A stretch of DNA of 63,491 bases, the filler included, from Lenisia limosa (lineage: Eukaryota; Protista; Breviatea): NCBI GenBank assembly GCA_001655205.1. It is 13 parts of 13 records of this genome, joined end to end, with 100 filler letters (N's around TTAATTAATTAA, not from the genome) between each part and the next. Parts side by side here need not be neighbours in the genome. Positions count along the whole stretch, not along the records: positions 10,602 to 26,124 come from LPNZ01008089.1; 12 more parts are not named here. The stretch is one strand, 5' to 3'. Both the position numbers and the translations under genes were made by a program. This document shows, in pieces, positions 12,210-24,019 of the stretch (positions are counted from its first letter, which is position 1; every line of letters begins with the position of its first letter). The notes under the pieces were generated by a model that was given only the letters and a program-made list of their open reading frames with translations, was not told the DNA's origin and made no database searches.

Positions 12210-14122
12210 TTACTTACCCAGAGTCTCACGATACATTGTAACATAACGACAGCTCTACAAAATTAGAAACTTCAAGAAAACAAAAAAGTGATTAAACGAC
12301 CCAAAATACATACTTTGTTTGCAATAAGGGAATCTAACCGTGACATAATAGCCTGGTCTCACTTGGATCTGAATAACGAGTAAGGAGAAAGCAAACAAAA
12401 ACTTACTTCGATTGTTTTATCTTCTCAGTACTCTTTTCCACGATAACATTGGCGACACTTTGAATGATGTCACCTCTCTTCCGTGCTGACAACGTAAACC
12501 AAGAACAGAATGAAGAGCAAACCAACTCTACCACCGTTTTGGATCAGTTTCACTGGGTCCAACATCCAACTATTTCCAATGATAGAGCATTTCAAAGAAA
12601 TTTTATCGTTGAAACTCTGTAAGATATTAGGATCATAGAGCCTTTCCCTACCCCATACACTTCTGTGGCGAAGATTGCCCAGACGGTATCAGGCCGGTTG
12701 AGAATACGGTCGACACATTTTGCCTTCTCCGCTTTCAGCAATTCGCCATGAAAGGACACGACCTGAAAGATATAACTGCCTTTTTTATGTTACATACCTT
12801 TTCCTGAATAGTTTGGTCAATTGTGTCCAACACAACAGAAGCTTTGGAAATGGCTCTAAAAGAATTTTTTAAAAAATATGGCGCTCCCCAGATTTCAGAA
12901 CCGAAAACTCCTTTTTCAAATATTTTATCTCATTAGCTGTGATAAAAAAACCAATTCAGGGTTTCGACTTGCACTTGTGAAATGAAATCCCACATTTGAC
13001 CTCCAATATCCTTGAACATACTGGAATTTAATAACAAGTTGATGAGAATCCCCACCTCAACGCCAGGAGGCAACAGCAATTCCCTCTGTTCCAGTGACAA
13101 GGTTGCACTTGCCCACTAATGTTATCAGTGTTTAAATTCAAGCATTACTGTTGTACAGATCCCTGAGCCATTCAAAATTTTAACGCACTCCATCACTGCT
13201 GGGCGGAAACTTTGGCTGCACAACATTAGGAGAGTAACTACGATCAAAGGAGTGGAACTCTATAAAAACATGGCACCGCCAAGCAATCACGGCGGATCGT
13301 GGATAAGTGCTGACGTCATGACGTCATGTGATGAATTTTGACATTGGATGTTGGTTTCCAGTCACACACGGGTCTTCTCGTCACACACTGGTCTTCGAAG
13401 ACCGAAAGATCGCGGAAAGATCCAGAGGTGATCTGGTAAGATGTTGGTGGGGTACAATATCGTTTTATCTGGGGGGTCTGGGCAGTTTGGGCTACCAAAC
13501 CACCCACGGCGGATCGCGGATCATGGCAGAGCCATGTTTCTATAGAGTTCCCCCCCCCCCTTGACTACAATGAACACAAATAGGTCTTTGAATTGTAAAA
13601 TGGTAACCCTAAACCAGCACTAACCAGGTCCAAATAGTGTGGGCTTAGTCCAAAAAGGCCATGACTCTTTCAGAAACCTTTTTAAAGCTCTCGCTATGAG
13701 CGACAAACGCCTCCGGGGACATATAATCTGAAATAATCCCCAATGAGAGACAAATCACCTACATATATATTTTTTTTCTTTTGAAGGCTTTGGGATTTTT
13801 ACCTTTTTCTGAAACTCAGAGACCTTTCTAACCTGAACTGGAACATCTCCCCAGCTTCCAAACTCCTGTTCGGTGATGGATGTTAGCGGCAAAGTGTGAA
13901 GACAAATGTCAAATTCAGACACCAAATAGCCACCCTGAAGATGTCAACTTGAAAGAAACTTACATTGACAATCAACGTTTTTCCTGTAGATCCTCCAAAC
14001 GATCCTCAACCTGCGACTTCCGACGTGCAATATTTGAAATACCAGTAGCTTGGAAGTTGGAGAAAAACTTATCAGGGAATTTTTTTACATAGGTATTCGT
14101 TGTATCGGTCCCTGATATTATG
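12210..14122 (-). pseudogene. RecQ-like SF2 helicase with miniature introns, disrupted
   Basis: Exons give Walker A GGSTGKTL, Ia LPLTSITEQE, YMSPEAF, motif II FLD*AHTIWTW (TAA at 13645-13647 replaces E), SFRPAV, motif III WASAT, motif IV ERHIF(frameshift)KNS, VSFHGEL, FATEVYG, motif VI QNGGRVAR, then SCRYVTMY. Most introns are 29-38 nt. Confidence 0.8.
13254..13551. mobile_element. MITE (family F), ~300 bp, inside a RecQ intron
   Basis: TIR GGAACTCTATAAAAACATGGC / GCCATGTTTCTATAGAGTTCC; internal direct repeat CACGGCGGATCGYGGAT near both ends. Confidence 0.75.
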
Positions 14123-14516
14123 CTAGAAGGTAAAAAAGAATGATGATATTTGGATGATATTTTCATTCACAAACCGCTAAGTGGGAGCCATTTTGAGTTT
14201 TATTAGATCACACAGTAGAGGAGAACCAGTGTTTCCACGTTTCTAACAAGATTATCCGCTGTATTTAATAACAACAACAAAATACTATTAATTTCTGGGA
14301 AAGGGGGTGGAAAGGTGGGTTTTAAAAGCAGGGTTAAAAGGCTACAGACAGAAAAAATTGATTTTTTGACTGGGTTTACCAACACGATATACCGATTGTT
14401 ATTCCTATTCATTTCTCATTTAGGTAATTTAACATAAATATATATCATTTAGTGACGGTAAAGGGTCGGGGTGTGCTCATCTATGAACCAGCTGTGAACC
14501 TCAGTTCGGTTCAGAG

Positions 14517-14553
14517 TCCTCGGCTTTGCCACCCCAGGCGGCGAAGCCGAGGA
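14517..14553. other. GC-rich 14-bp hairpin between divergent genes
   Basis: TCCTCGGCTTTGCC-accccaggc-GGCGAAGCCGAGGA; 13 Watson-Crick pairs plus one T-G. Confidence 0.75.
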
Positions 14554-14586
14554 GTTTGTTCAGAGTGAGTATTTCAGTATTTTAAT

Positions 14587-15300
14587 ATGATTGGAAAAGA
14601 GGTTTCTTGTGTTGGCCTACTTTCACGCCACCTTTGTCATAAGTCAATCAGATTACTTCATGAGTCAATATCAGAGGCAATGTCAGTTAATGAGCCTAGA
14701 TCAAGAATGTTGTCCTTAGGAAACTGGGCTTCGTCTCAAAGAAGCCAGTTTCAAAGTTTAAGAAGTGTTGTTTCAATTTCTACCCAACAAACACTGGTTC
14801 AAAAATCTTGGGTAAGTTTTTTGCCCTATCTTACTTATTACAATAAAAGACAAATACTCTCACTCCATTTTAGGATCTAGAATCAGCCATCACCATGCGC
14901 TTGGAAAAATTCAATAATGTGACAAATAATGTTATGCTTTTCCACTCCCATCAGCTCTTGACTTCAAAAACGCCACGAGCTGCAAGCAAGTCGGCCCTGG
15001 ATTTGTCAAGTACAGGGAAAGAGGGGCATATTCCTCTGGTGTTAGAAGTAAGTTTAGAGGCATGCCTTCTTTGGTAATTATTGTAGGCTATTCCTTGTAG
15101 TGTTGATGAGGTTCAGTATTCTAGCACAGTTGAAGGACTGCATACAAACCTGTTGGCTGCTGTTCTCAAGGTGGGTTTTGAATTTTCTTAACATTGTAGT
15201 TTCCAACACACCCAAATTTGCTTCTCTCAATTGGTTTGCACCTTTTTTGTCTTTCTTTTGATTATTTTTTTATTTTGTAATATGTTTAGAAAAAGGTAGA
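14587..15300 (+). CDS. Orphan gene with mini-introns
   Basis: In-frame stitching across introns 14812-14873 (62 nt), 15048-15086 (39 nt) and 15171-15199 (29 nt): ...VQKSW/DLESAITMRLEK...IPLVLE/AIPCSVDE...AAVLK/FPTHP... Confidence 0.6.
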
Positions 15301-15699
15301 GTAATTTGTCGGGCTAGAAATGAATTTGAAGTATGTTTATTGTTGAATTTCATATATTCAGGTACAATGTATATTTCAAACTACTACTAGTGGAATTATT
15401 TGTCAGTTGTGTCAGTTGTCTTTGTTTCCCAGATTAGTAACTTGTCCAGGTATGTTTTGTCCCCCCCCCCCCTTTTTTTTTTNNNNNNNNNNNNNNNNNN
15501 NNNNNNNNNNNNNNNNNNNNNNNNNNNNNNNNNNNNNNGAGCTTCACAAATTCTTGGTGAATTACCTTTCTCAACTTCTCTTGAAATCAAAATCTGTTTT
15601 TTGGGATATTTATAGTTTTTGCCGTATTTTTTTTTGTTTTATTTTATGTTGATGGTGTTTGTAATGGAATTGTCATGAATACTCTTTGTGATCAAGCCC

Positions 15700-16950
15700 T
15701 ATCTCTATATTCTACGAGTTGGGCTGGAGTCATCAGCGTCAAAGCAAATCCATCAGGTTTTGGACTTTCGGATTATATATCCCTGGTGGTTTAATTTTTT
15801 CATTTAGATGAAGGAACTTGGTCCAATGAATTTAATAATAAATTATTGGGGTTGCATGAACTGTGCATCAGCCTCAATTGAAATTACAGCTAATCGAGAT
15901 TATGAAATCACAGTTACCCATTCTCCACCCCTTTCAGGTTCAAAAATTGTATTAATTTGACCAAAATGGAAATAGAATACAACTTACACTTGATTATCAC
16001 AATATAGATCTTGAATACTTACTCAAAACTGCCTCTTCTGCGCATCTTTTTAATAAAATTTCTGATATTTATAATCATATTCGCCTTGTAAGCATTCTTG
16101 AACTAATTATTTAGTTTACTCTCTCGAAACCTGATCTCCTTTTCACATCATTTGAGTTATTCATTGCATCGTCTGCAGTTTTAAATATTTCAATTGATGG
16201 GCGTACTGGGAACCCAGTACTTTCAAGCTCTTTACTTTCTTCGTCCGTTTGTCGCCTGCTATCTCAGCATCTTTTTCAAGATGACATCACAAAATCACTG
16301 TTTGTTGTTCTCCTCCTCAATTTTTACTCTTGTAGGAGTTTTCCCACTATTATATCACAATACTGTATTTATTCTGTTGTAGAGCAGGTATTCACTCATT
16401 TTAACTTTGGCATGTATACAAGAGTCTATACCATACTCAAGGTCTTTTAATCTCCCAAGTAAATTCTTTTCTTGTCATCAGTTTTGGAATCATCTTTTTC
16501 TTCCAAAAATCTGACTCTATTTTGCCAGCTTCAAACCCTTTCCCAGCTTAAAAATTCACTTGCTATCACCATCAGCCCAGATTTGAAAATATCTGCTTTT
16601 TTTGTGTCTTCTGCTCTTGGGATTCATCCAGCAGTAATCCCTGTTGGTGACCCTTTTCAAATACATCTTTCTCCTGTTGATGTATGCTATTTTACTGTTT
16701 AATCTAGCTTCAAGCTTCTCGTTTTAAAGCTCGATGTGAGTTTTCTGTATTTTCATTCAAAGAACATTTGCATTTTTCACTAACCTTGATTTAGATGAAC
16801 CTACAAGTATGTGTGAAATGTCATGTTTGGTGTTAAAACGGATGTCTTGTTTATTCATTTGGGCTCAAACTTGGAATACTGTAAGCAACTGTCTGTTTTT
16901 AACCTCGTACCTTTTCTGCAACTGAATTAGCGTTGATCTGAGTGATCAGT
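15700..16950 (-). pseudogene. Decayed charged (K/E/D-rich) ORF
   Basis: Protein-like frames (RFLEEKDDSKTDDKKKNLLGRLKDLEYGIDSCIHAKVKMSEYLLYNR) broken by many stops and frameshifts. Confidence 0.45.
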
Positions 16951-17404
16951 ATTTTTTGCTCTATTATTTTTAATTTTTAATTATTATTATGTAATATCCA
17001 TGATATGATATTGAAATATGAAATTACGTATACTGGTGTCGTAAATACTATTATCATATATATATAGCTATTAGTACTTTGGAATGAACTTCAGAATAGC
17101 CAATATCTTACTTACGAGACGCTTTCTAAACTTGAGCGCATACACAATAGCGGGGGAAAGTGGGGTAATCTAACTGACGGTACCCTCTACGCACTTCCTA
17201 AAATCATAAATCCCCGAGAAGCTTCAGATTCATTTCTGGCGGTAAAGAGATAATAAACATATTGAGAGTACACTTCACGCCTAAAACCTTTTTAATATTT
17301 ACGCATAAATCCCCAAGACCTTTGTATTGTTTCCTGCTGAGCAGGCTGCACAACGAATTAATCATATTGGAACTTCTCATTCACTGTATACATATCAAAA
17401 AGTC

Positions 17405-17800
17405 ATATCTCCGGATACCACTCAGAATTCACCGGACACATCAAAACTTCCGGACAGATTGAGTTTTCCATACAAACTAATTTTCTTTTTTTTCGAGTGT
17501 TCCAAATTTAGGGGTTTGGTTTCGCTTCTTTTTTTTTTTCACCTTTTTGTTGTTTAATATTTGAGGAATAAATGACTATTGTGACTACGCACAACCAAAA
17601 CTGCCGCCATATTGTCTATTGCCATTTTGGCCCCAAAACTTCGTCACATTCCAGGTCATTTTTACCCATTTTAATGTCTGGACTGTTTTTAGGAATTATC
17701 CTATAGCAAAACTTTCTTTTTGATCTCTAACCAGATTTTATGATGGTTTTTCCTGTCGACCTTTCTAGACGACAAACAGTATTAATGGGACTCAAAAGGC
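17405..17800. mobile_element. Degenerate second copy of family E
   Basis: CCGGATACCACTCAGAATTCACCGGACACATCAAAACTTCCGGACAG aligns with 11345-11400; AAACTGCCGC...CACATTC aligns with 11543-11585. Confidence 0.6.
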
Positions 17801-18720
17801 CAAAGATCCAGTTACCATCGAAATAAGGCAACTTCTTCGAGAAAAGGGGAAACCAAAGTCGACACCAATCATCGAAATAGTTGTTGTACTTGACATAATC
17901 AACAATGAAGGACCTAAGAACACACTATCCACTTTCGAAACAAAAGAACTTCTCCAACCATGATCGGTAAACAGGGTGTAAGCTGCTGAATAAATGTATA
18001 ATTAGCATTATCTTAACTTGACAGCGTAAGAAGAGGCAAAGGAACGAAAAAAGAAAATTTTATGGGCCTCCTTTCGGCTATTTTAGGGCTCTGAGCCTGC
18101 TTGTGAGACCTTGCCTTTCTTGTGCTCATTTACTTGCTACATATGATATAATACTCTAATGAAAATTACCAGAGGAAGTTAAAATCTGCACATTACATTT
18201 TCTGAAACATTCTAAAAAATCCGTCAAATGACCCCATCAACCGACACCTTAAGAAATTAAGATTTTAAATCTGACGTTCAGGAAAGGTTTTTGTTACCCT
18301 GTCACTCGATATAATTATATTGTAGGCCATATGCAAAAGGTGTCTCATTAACTGTGTCCTTTGCCTTTATGGTATTCCTATTTATGGAAGTAGCTATAAA
18401 GAACGTATTTGAAATCAATGAACCTTTCAAATCTTCTTTTATGGTATTCCTGTTAATGTAGTAGCTATAGACAACTTATTTGAATTCAATGCATCATTCA
18501 AATCTTCCATAATATAATTTCACAAGTTCATTACCGAGCGCATCCACGCTCAGCGTCTTCTGGAGCTCGGTGTCATCTTGACCATTGGTTATTTGATTTC
18601 TCTGTGGAAAATTGCTTTTTTGAGAATCGTTTTCCGAAACTGTCAATTTTTACAAAAAAGGGTGTATACTGTCAGATCATCTCATCACAATTTTATGTCT
18701 TCCTCATTATTTGAGCTGTT
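17760..18720 (-). pseudogene. Decayed orphan ORF with a ~70-bp internal tandem duplication
   Basis: VSENDSQKSNFPQRNQITNGQDDTELQKTLSVDALG...; duplicated unit around 18365-18510. Confidence 0.35.
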
Positions 18721-18879
18721 TTTTTTTTTGACAAAGCAGGTATTAAGTCTAAAGCAACAAATATCTAATCAACCCTGTTCACTTCGCCCTGGTGGTAGTT
18801 TGAAAATATTTCCAATAACAAGGGTGAGGAGATAATACCTAATATAGGTAATTGCGGAGCCTTCTTGTGAAACATCAGA

Positions 18880-20415
18880 ACAGTTTATTTCAAGTCAAAC
18901 AAATGTTGTTTTATCTTGGACACCAACCTTTTCTGTTCAGTTTTTGAAAACTTTAATGATGATTTTCTGGATTAGAATCAGAGATTCTGTTTTCAGGAAG
19001 TATTAAAGTTATGGTATACCCTGATGCAATCGAAATTCAGTATCCACTTGGACAAATTCATCATTATGCAATTGATGTTTGCAATGTAAGTTTAACTTAG
19101 AAGAGAATGTTACCGACACTACCTGATGGTCGTATTTCTTTAAGTGATAGTGGAGATTTAACATTGAACATCGAACAGTCTATCTTAATCCAAAAAGTGA
19201 CTTCTTTTCTTGACAATGATAAATAAACTGTCTGCAGTAACTTGGAGGAATGCTGTGACAGTATCATTACAGTCAATTGCTCGAACCTCTGCCCTTTCTA
19301 ATGGTTTAATCGACTTTTCCTCTAATTCTCCCCGTATCAAGGAGGTTGTTTTATTAACCCATTGTTGTGTTGGGCTTGAAGTTCCGGTATTATTTAATCT
19401 TCTTTAAATTTAGTGCCCACCTTTCGGAACGGATAGAATTGCCATTTGGTGTGGAAATAGTATACCTGCTGCTACATGCACTGTTCCTCCTGCGCCTTTC
19501 ATTGAAGTCAGGCATTATCCAAAGGAAGTAACAAAGCCCTCTATTTGGTGGGGTCCAGACCAGAGGTTATTTTATTATGGTTACATTATATTACGTCACT
19601 ATGCAGTTGAAAAAATAACTTCTCTTCAACCAAATAACCATCCATTGTGTGGTCTTTGGAGTAGTTTAATTAAGGCTGCATTACAACCCGACCCAAAATC
19701 TGAGTCCCTGGGGAAAGTTGATCCAGATTCTCTTTTGGTTTGTCCCCTTTCATTTATTTCAGGGTGTTATGGCAGCTATTGTTCGGACTGCTTGCCCTTG
19801 GAGAGTTGTAATTAGATCGTTACAATTAACACCCCTTGATTGGTCACTTGTACCTGTTAGTCTCTGTAGATATCAAGTAAACATCTCACAATTGTAACAA
19901 TTTAGCTTGTCAACCCAAAACGTAGAATATTGGATATTCGAATTGAAGTTCTCTCTGAGTTTTCCAACTCTTGTAATTCTGCAAAAGGTTTGATGAATCA
20001 AATAATTGCTTGAACATAGTATGAAGAGACCCCCTCTTTCAGAAACACCGAAAATGCCTTTAACAGCAGTGTGTGTTTTGTTTTGATAAGAATCTTTCGG
20101 CTATTATTCGAGTAAGAGTTAAACATCTTTGTAATGAAGCTGAAAAAGCATTAGAAATTGTTGCGAAAAACTCACGTTCAGTATGGTTATTCTTTTGTCT
20201 AAAATTTCAAGGTATCTTTCAGAGAAAACCGATGGTATGTTCCTATTGAATTGTTGAAGGACTTTATTTCACTGTTTTCACATGTATTATCAGGCTCAGA
20301 TTCCCATCATGATGTAAGCCTATGTTTTTGACAAGATGAATAGAATAGATGGAAATTTAGAAATTTCGCTTCCTTCCCCGAATTCTCAATCTGTTCATCA
20401 ATGTTCCTGAATCAC
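18880..20415 (+). pseudogene. Partly decayed orphan gene with mini-introns
   Basis: In-frame joins across 25-nt (19738-19762), 31-nt and 22-nt introns (…VDPDSLL/GVMAAIVRTACPW…; …AKNSRS/VSFRENRWYVP…HHD/MNRIDG…), with scattered stops upstream. Confidence 0.5.
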
Positions 20416-21076
20416 AAAGTTTCTAAATAACGCAATACAATAAATTTCCTCGCCAGACTTGCAACCTGGTCAGTTTTTCCTAATTTTATACGATTGAGCC
20501 CCAAGAAGGGGCCATGGAGGCAAAATAAAAATATCATATATAATAATGAAAACAAAGAGGTATACGTTGCCCAATATATGTAGTTTAAACTTTATTCACT
20601 GATTTCTTCAGTGAAAAGGTGTTGTCAACAATATTAGTCAGTTAATGTCCAGCATGGTGTTGGTGTGTATAATGTGAAATACGTGTAGTAATTAAAGCAG
20701 TTTATTCTCACAATTTTATGTTTCAAACAAGACATCATACTCAAGAATTGCATGGTCGCGCTTCCGGTCTTTCTTACTCAGAGGAGGTCCAACTAACAAA
20801 TTAAGAATAACACAATATCTAACAAATGCCAATATTTATTTTGGGTTTATGGTCACTCACCCACCGCGATTTATGTTTCCCGATTTGCCTGAGGGAATTC
20901 GCTATACTGTATGTTTTTATTTGTTTCTTGGCAAACATATTCATTCAGCTATTATAAAATTCTTTATAAGCATAACAAGATGATAACTTGAACACATCGG
21001 GCTCAACCACGTGCGAGACAAACGTCCCTCCTTGAGGGTCGATCGGCTCCATCCGGACGGGTGCTGAAGCCCTCAG

Positions 21077-23720
21077 AACCGGTCCGGGCTAGCGGCTGAC
21101 ACTCACGCGCAGAAGTCGCGCAGTGTTACGCCACCGGCAATGGACCTCGGATTTGGGGATAGTTCGCCGATTCCGGACCTCTATCCGCGGAGCCCAATGG
21201 AGCCGTCCACGTCCCCGGTTGAGGGGGGTGTCTGAAATCTCGATACATCCTCGATAAATATCGATATTTTATCATCTCTTTTGAAACCGAAAGTGAAGCT
21301 CTATTACCTGTATCTCAACCTTACCAAACGGTAGCCTCTTGAGATGACGCAACCGTCCCCATCTCATCTGAGCAAACGTGAGGCCAACAGACCACCCAAA
21401 ATTCATCTCTCTGGTGGGTAATCATAAACACATTTATTATGAAGGCTTCATACAAAATTGTGTTTTGAAGTATCAAAATTTTTACAAATGTTCGGCCAAC
21501 ATTGTTGATTTTGAGTTCATTTTGTCTAATCATCTTCGTTTTGTACGCTGGTGTGATGGGATACGGTGCTACAAAAGCGACTGGCCTGTTATCGTTGATT
21601 TTGGCTTCTTTTTTTTTGTTTCATAACTCCCCCGCGCAACCCCCACATCCTCATAACCATCAGAGTTAATTTCGGGGATTTTTTGTTCGCTTGTTGTTTC
21701 ATAAACAATCCCCCCCACAAGTTCCAAGGGCAAAATCAAAATAGTTTGGATATAGGGTAAACCAGATTTTTACCTGGGAGTTTTGTCAATGCACTTACAT
21801 AGGCGAATGTAAGACTTGGTGGTGGAAACGAATCGTGGCTGCTGTGCATCACCATCGCACTTACTGAACTGAGAGCTATCTACGGAACCCACGCTATCAC
21901 TACGGGACCAGATGATAGTGTGTTCATCTTTTTCTCATTTCATGGCAATGACCCGCAAAAGCCCCTTTGTAAGCTGAAAGATACCAAAGCTCAATAGTGA
22001 TTCATTTATGATTCATTTAATGACTGATTTACTGAGATGTAGCTTATTAATATGGTAGTGACGAGCTTTTTATGATTGTTGTTCAGCGTGGACCCATCTA
22101 AGACAGCAATTTTTGTTTGTCTTCGAATCTTGTGGTCTTAAAGACTACTATAGCCGGATTACCATCCATGTAATGCGGTATGAGGGCTTTTGGTTTTTGA
22201 TTCCAATTTCTAAAGTCCCATTCCCAGCTATGGTTTTTGATTATATTTGGCAACTTGTTTTGTGTAGTTCATAAACTCCACCCCCTCCTTTTTTTTTATT
22301 TATTAAACCTACATTTTACACATTGATTTGACTTGATAAAAATAAACTGTCGATATGCATTATATCGAAAATTATTATATATTACTACATGTATTATGTA
22401 TACATACATATACATACATACATACATGTATACAGTGATCAGGATACGTTTTGATCAATATTCTATGGATTTATCTTGTGAAAACTTATCCCGGCCACTG
22501 TATATGAATATGTACATGTATGTTATTGAAAGTTGATAAAACGGGAATCTCTCAAAAAACAACTCCAGTTCTTGTTCCTTTCTTCTGGATCGACAGTAAA
22601 TCAGAATCCATTTCCCAAACACAGACCGGCTGATTTACTTAATTAGACGCAATTTCATTGAGTAGATTTTGTCTTGGAGGGTTGAACCAAGGATGTCCAT
22701 CCGAGAGGTGATGATGTAAGCCACTAAATAAAGTTGAAGGACTGCAGTTTTACCTATTTTATAATTGATGATTATTATGTAGTTTACTTTTGCTTTGCGT
22801 TATAGTTTCCAATTTTGTGTTTTATTCGTTGAAAAAAATAAGAAGTATCCTTTTCTCAAATCTTATAATTATCATCTTTTCAAATACGCCACCATACGTT
22901 GAAGAACAGCTTTTTTAAAAAAAAAACTGGAGTCGATCCAGATTAGGGTTGAAGAGTCCATAATTATTCAACAGGGATGTGACCGGAGCAATATAAGGAG
23001 TACAGAAGAAGAGTGAAGCAAAGATGAGTCAATATCAGGTGAATTCTATTTTGAAAGGCGATATCGGCTGTTCTACCATCAGTTTTATTCAAATTAACCT
23101 AAAGAAACATAATTAGATGTACTGAGATTTGGACCCCCATATATAATATCTATATACACCTCCTAGGAGGACTTGTGTGTGTGGTTGGTGTGGGACACAG
23201 CAAGGAGCTGAAACTCCCAGAAATACCTCAGCGCAAAGACCTCTTATTGTTCTTGCCGGCTCTTTGGACCGTCCCCTTGGTTGCGTCGCCTTGGGCCGTC
23301 GTAGAGATGCTAAACGTCCTACCCTCATATGTCCATGTCTTCAACGTCCGCAGCGTTTGGGTAAGTTAAGTCTGTGATACACCATTTCTTTTTCTTTTGA
23401 TGAATCAAAGCAATAGCTCCTGGGAAATTCACGTCAATTTTATAATTACTATCGTATTGTTGCTTAATTACACTTAGTCTAAATCACGCAAGTTATGCTC
23501 CGTTACCGTTTTTTGTCCTTCGACCCAGTCAGTTTTTATCCTGCTTCACCCCCCNNNNNNNNNNNNNNNNNNNNNNNNNNNNNNNNNNNNNNNNNNNNNN
23601 NNNNNNNNNNNNNNNNNNNNNNNNNNNNNNNNNNNNNNNNNNNNNNNNNNNNNNNNNNNNNNNNNTCCAGACAGGTCAGTCATACTATCATATCACGAGT
23701 GGATGCATGTTAGCATTACA
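21077..23720 (+). CDS. Multi-exon hypothetical protein
   Basis: Exons KSRSVTPPAMDLGFGDSSPIPDLYP..., PLEMTQPSPSHLSKRE, WLLCITIALTELRAIYG, WTHLRQQFLFVFESCG, GGLVCVVGVGHSKELKLP...NVRSVW|gtaagt. Confidence 0.55.
22431..22502. mobile_element. ~68-bp Tc1-type MITE
   Basis: TA|CAGTGATCAGGATACGTTTT ... AAAACTTATCCCGGCCACTG|TA; imperfect TIRs related to the 27085 terminus, TA flanks. Confidence 0.6.
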
Positions 23721-24019
23721 CCCATTCCCCATCACATATTCCCTTTACCCCTCTTGACACTACCGCTTTATCTCATCCTTACTTTCTTTCCCTATTGACA
23801 TTTAGGCTTAGTTCTAGTTCAATCTACAAATGAAGGGTTTATATTGACATGCGTTAACATTACACCCATTCCCCATCACATATTCCCTTAACCCCCCCTC
23901 ATTAAGCTGTTCTAGTATGTATATATGTAGCGTTTCTAACAAGCTTACATCAGAAAACATTGATACAAAGTCGATTCCCTGTTTCAGGAGGATTATTTTC
24001 ATAATCTGGCACCAGATAA

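Noticed and set aside
13645-13647. Alternative genetic code (TAA=Glu/Gln or TGA=Trp) suggested by D-TAA-AH and a few in-frame stops
   Set aside because: VPS15 ends at TAG and the FReD-like gene at TAA at the expected positions. Conserved Trp residues use TGG. Decayed ORFs contain all three stops plus frameshifts.
14490-14553. Hairpin as a Helitron 3' end
   Set aside because: A CTGA lies nearby on the minus strand, but there is no matching 5' TC end, A/T target or Rep/PIF1 gene, and the helicase is SF2/RecQ rather than PIF1.
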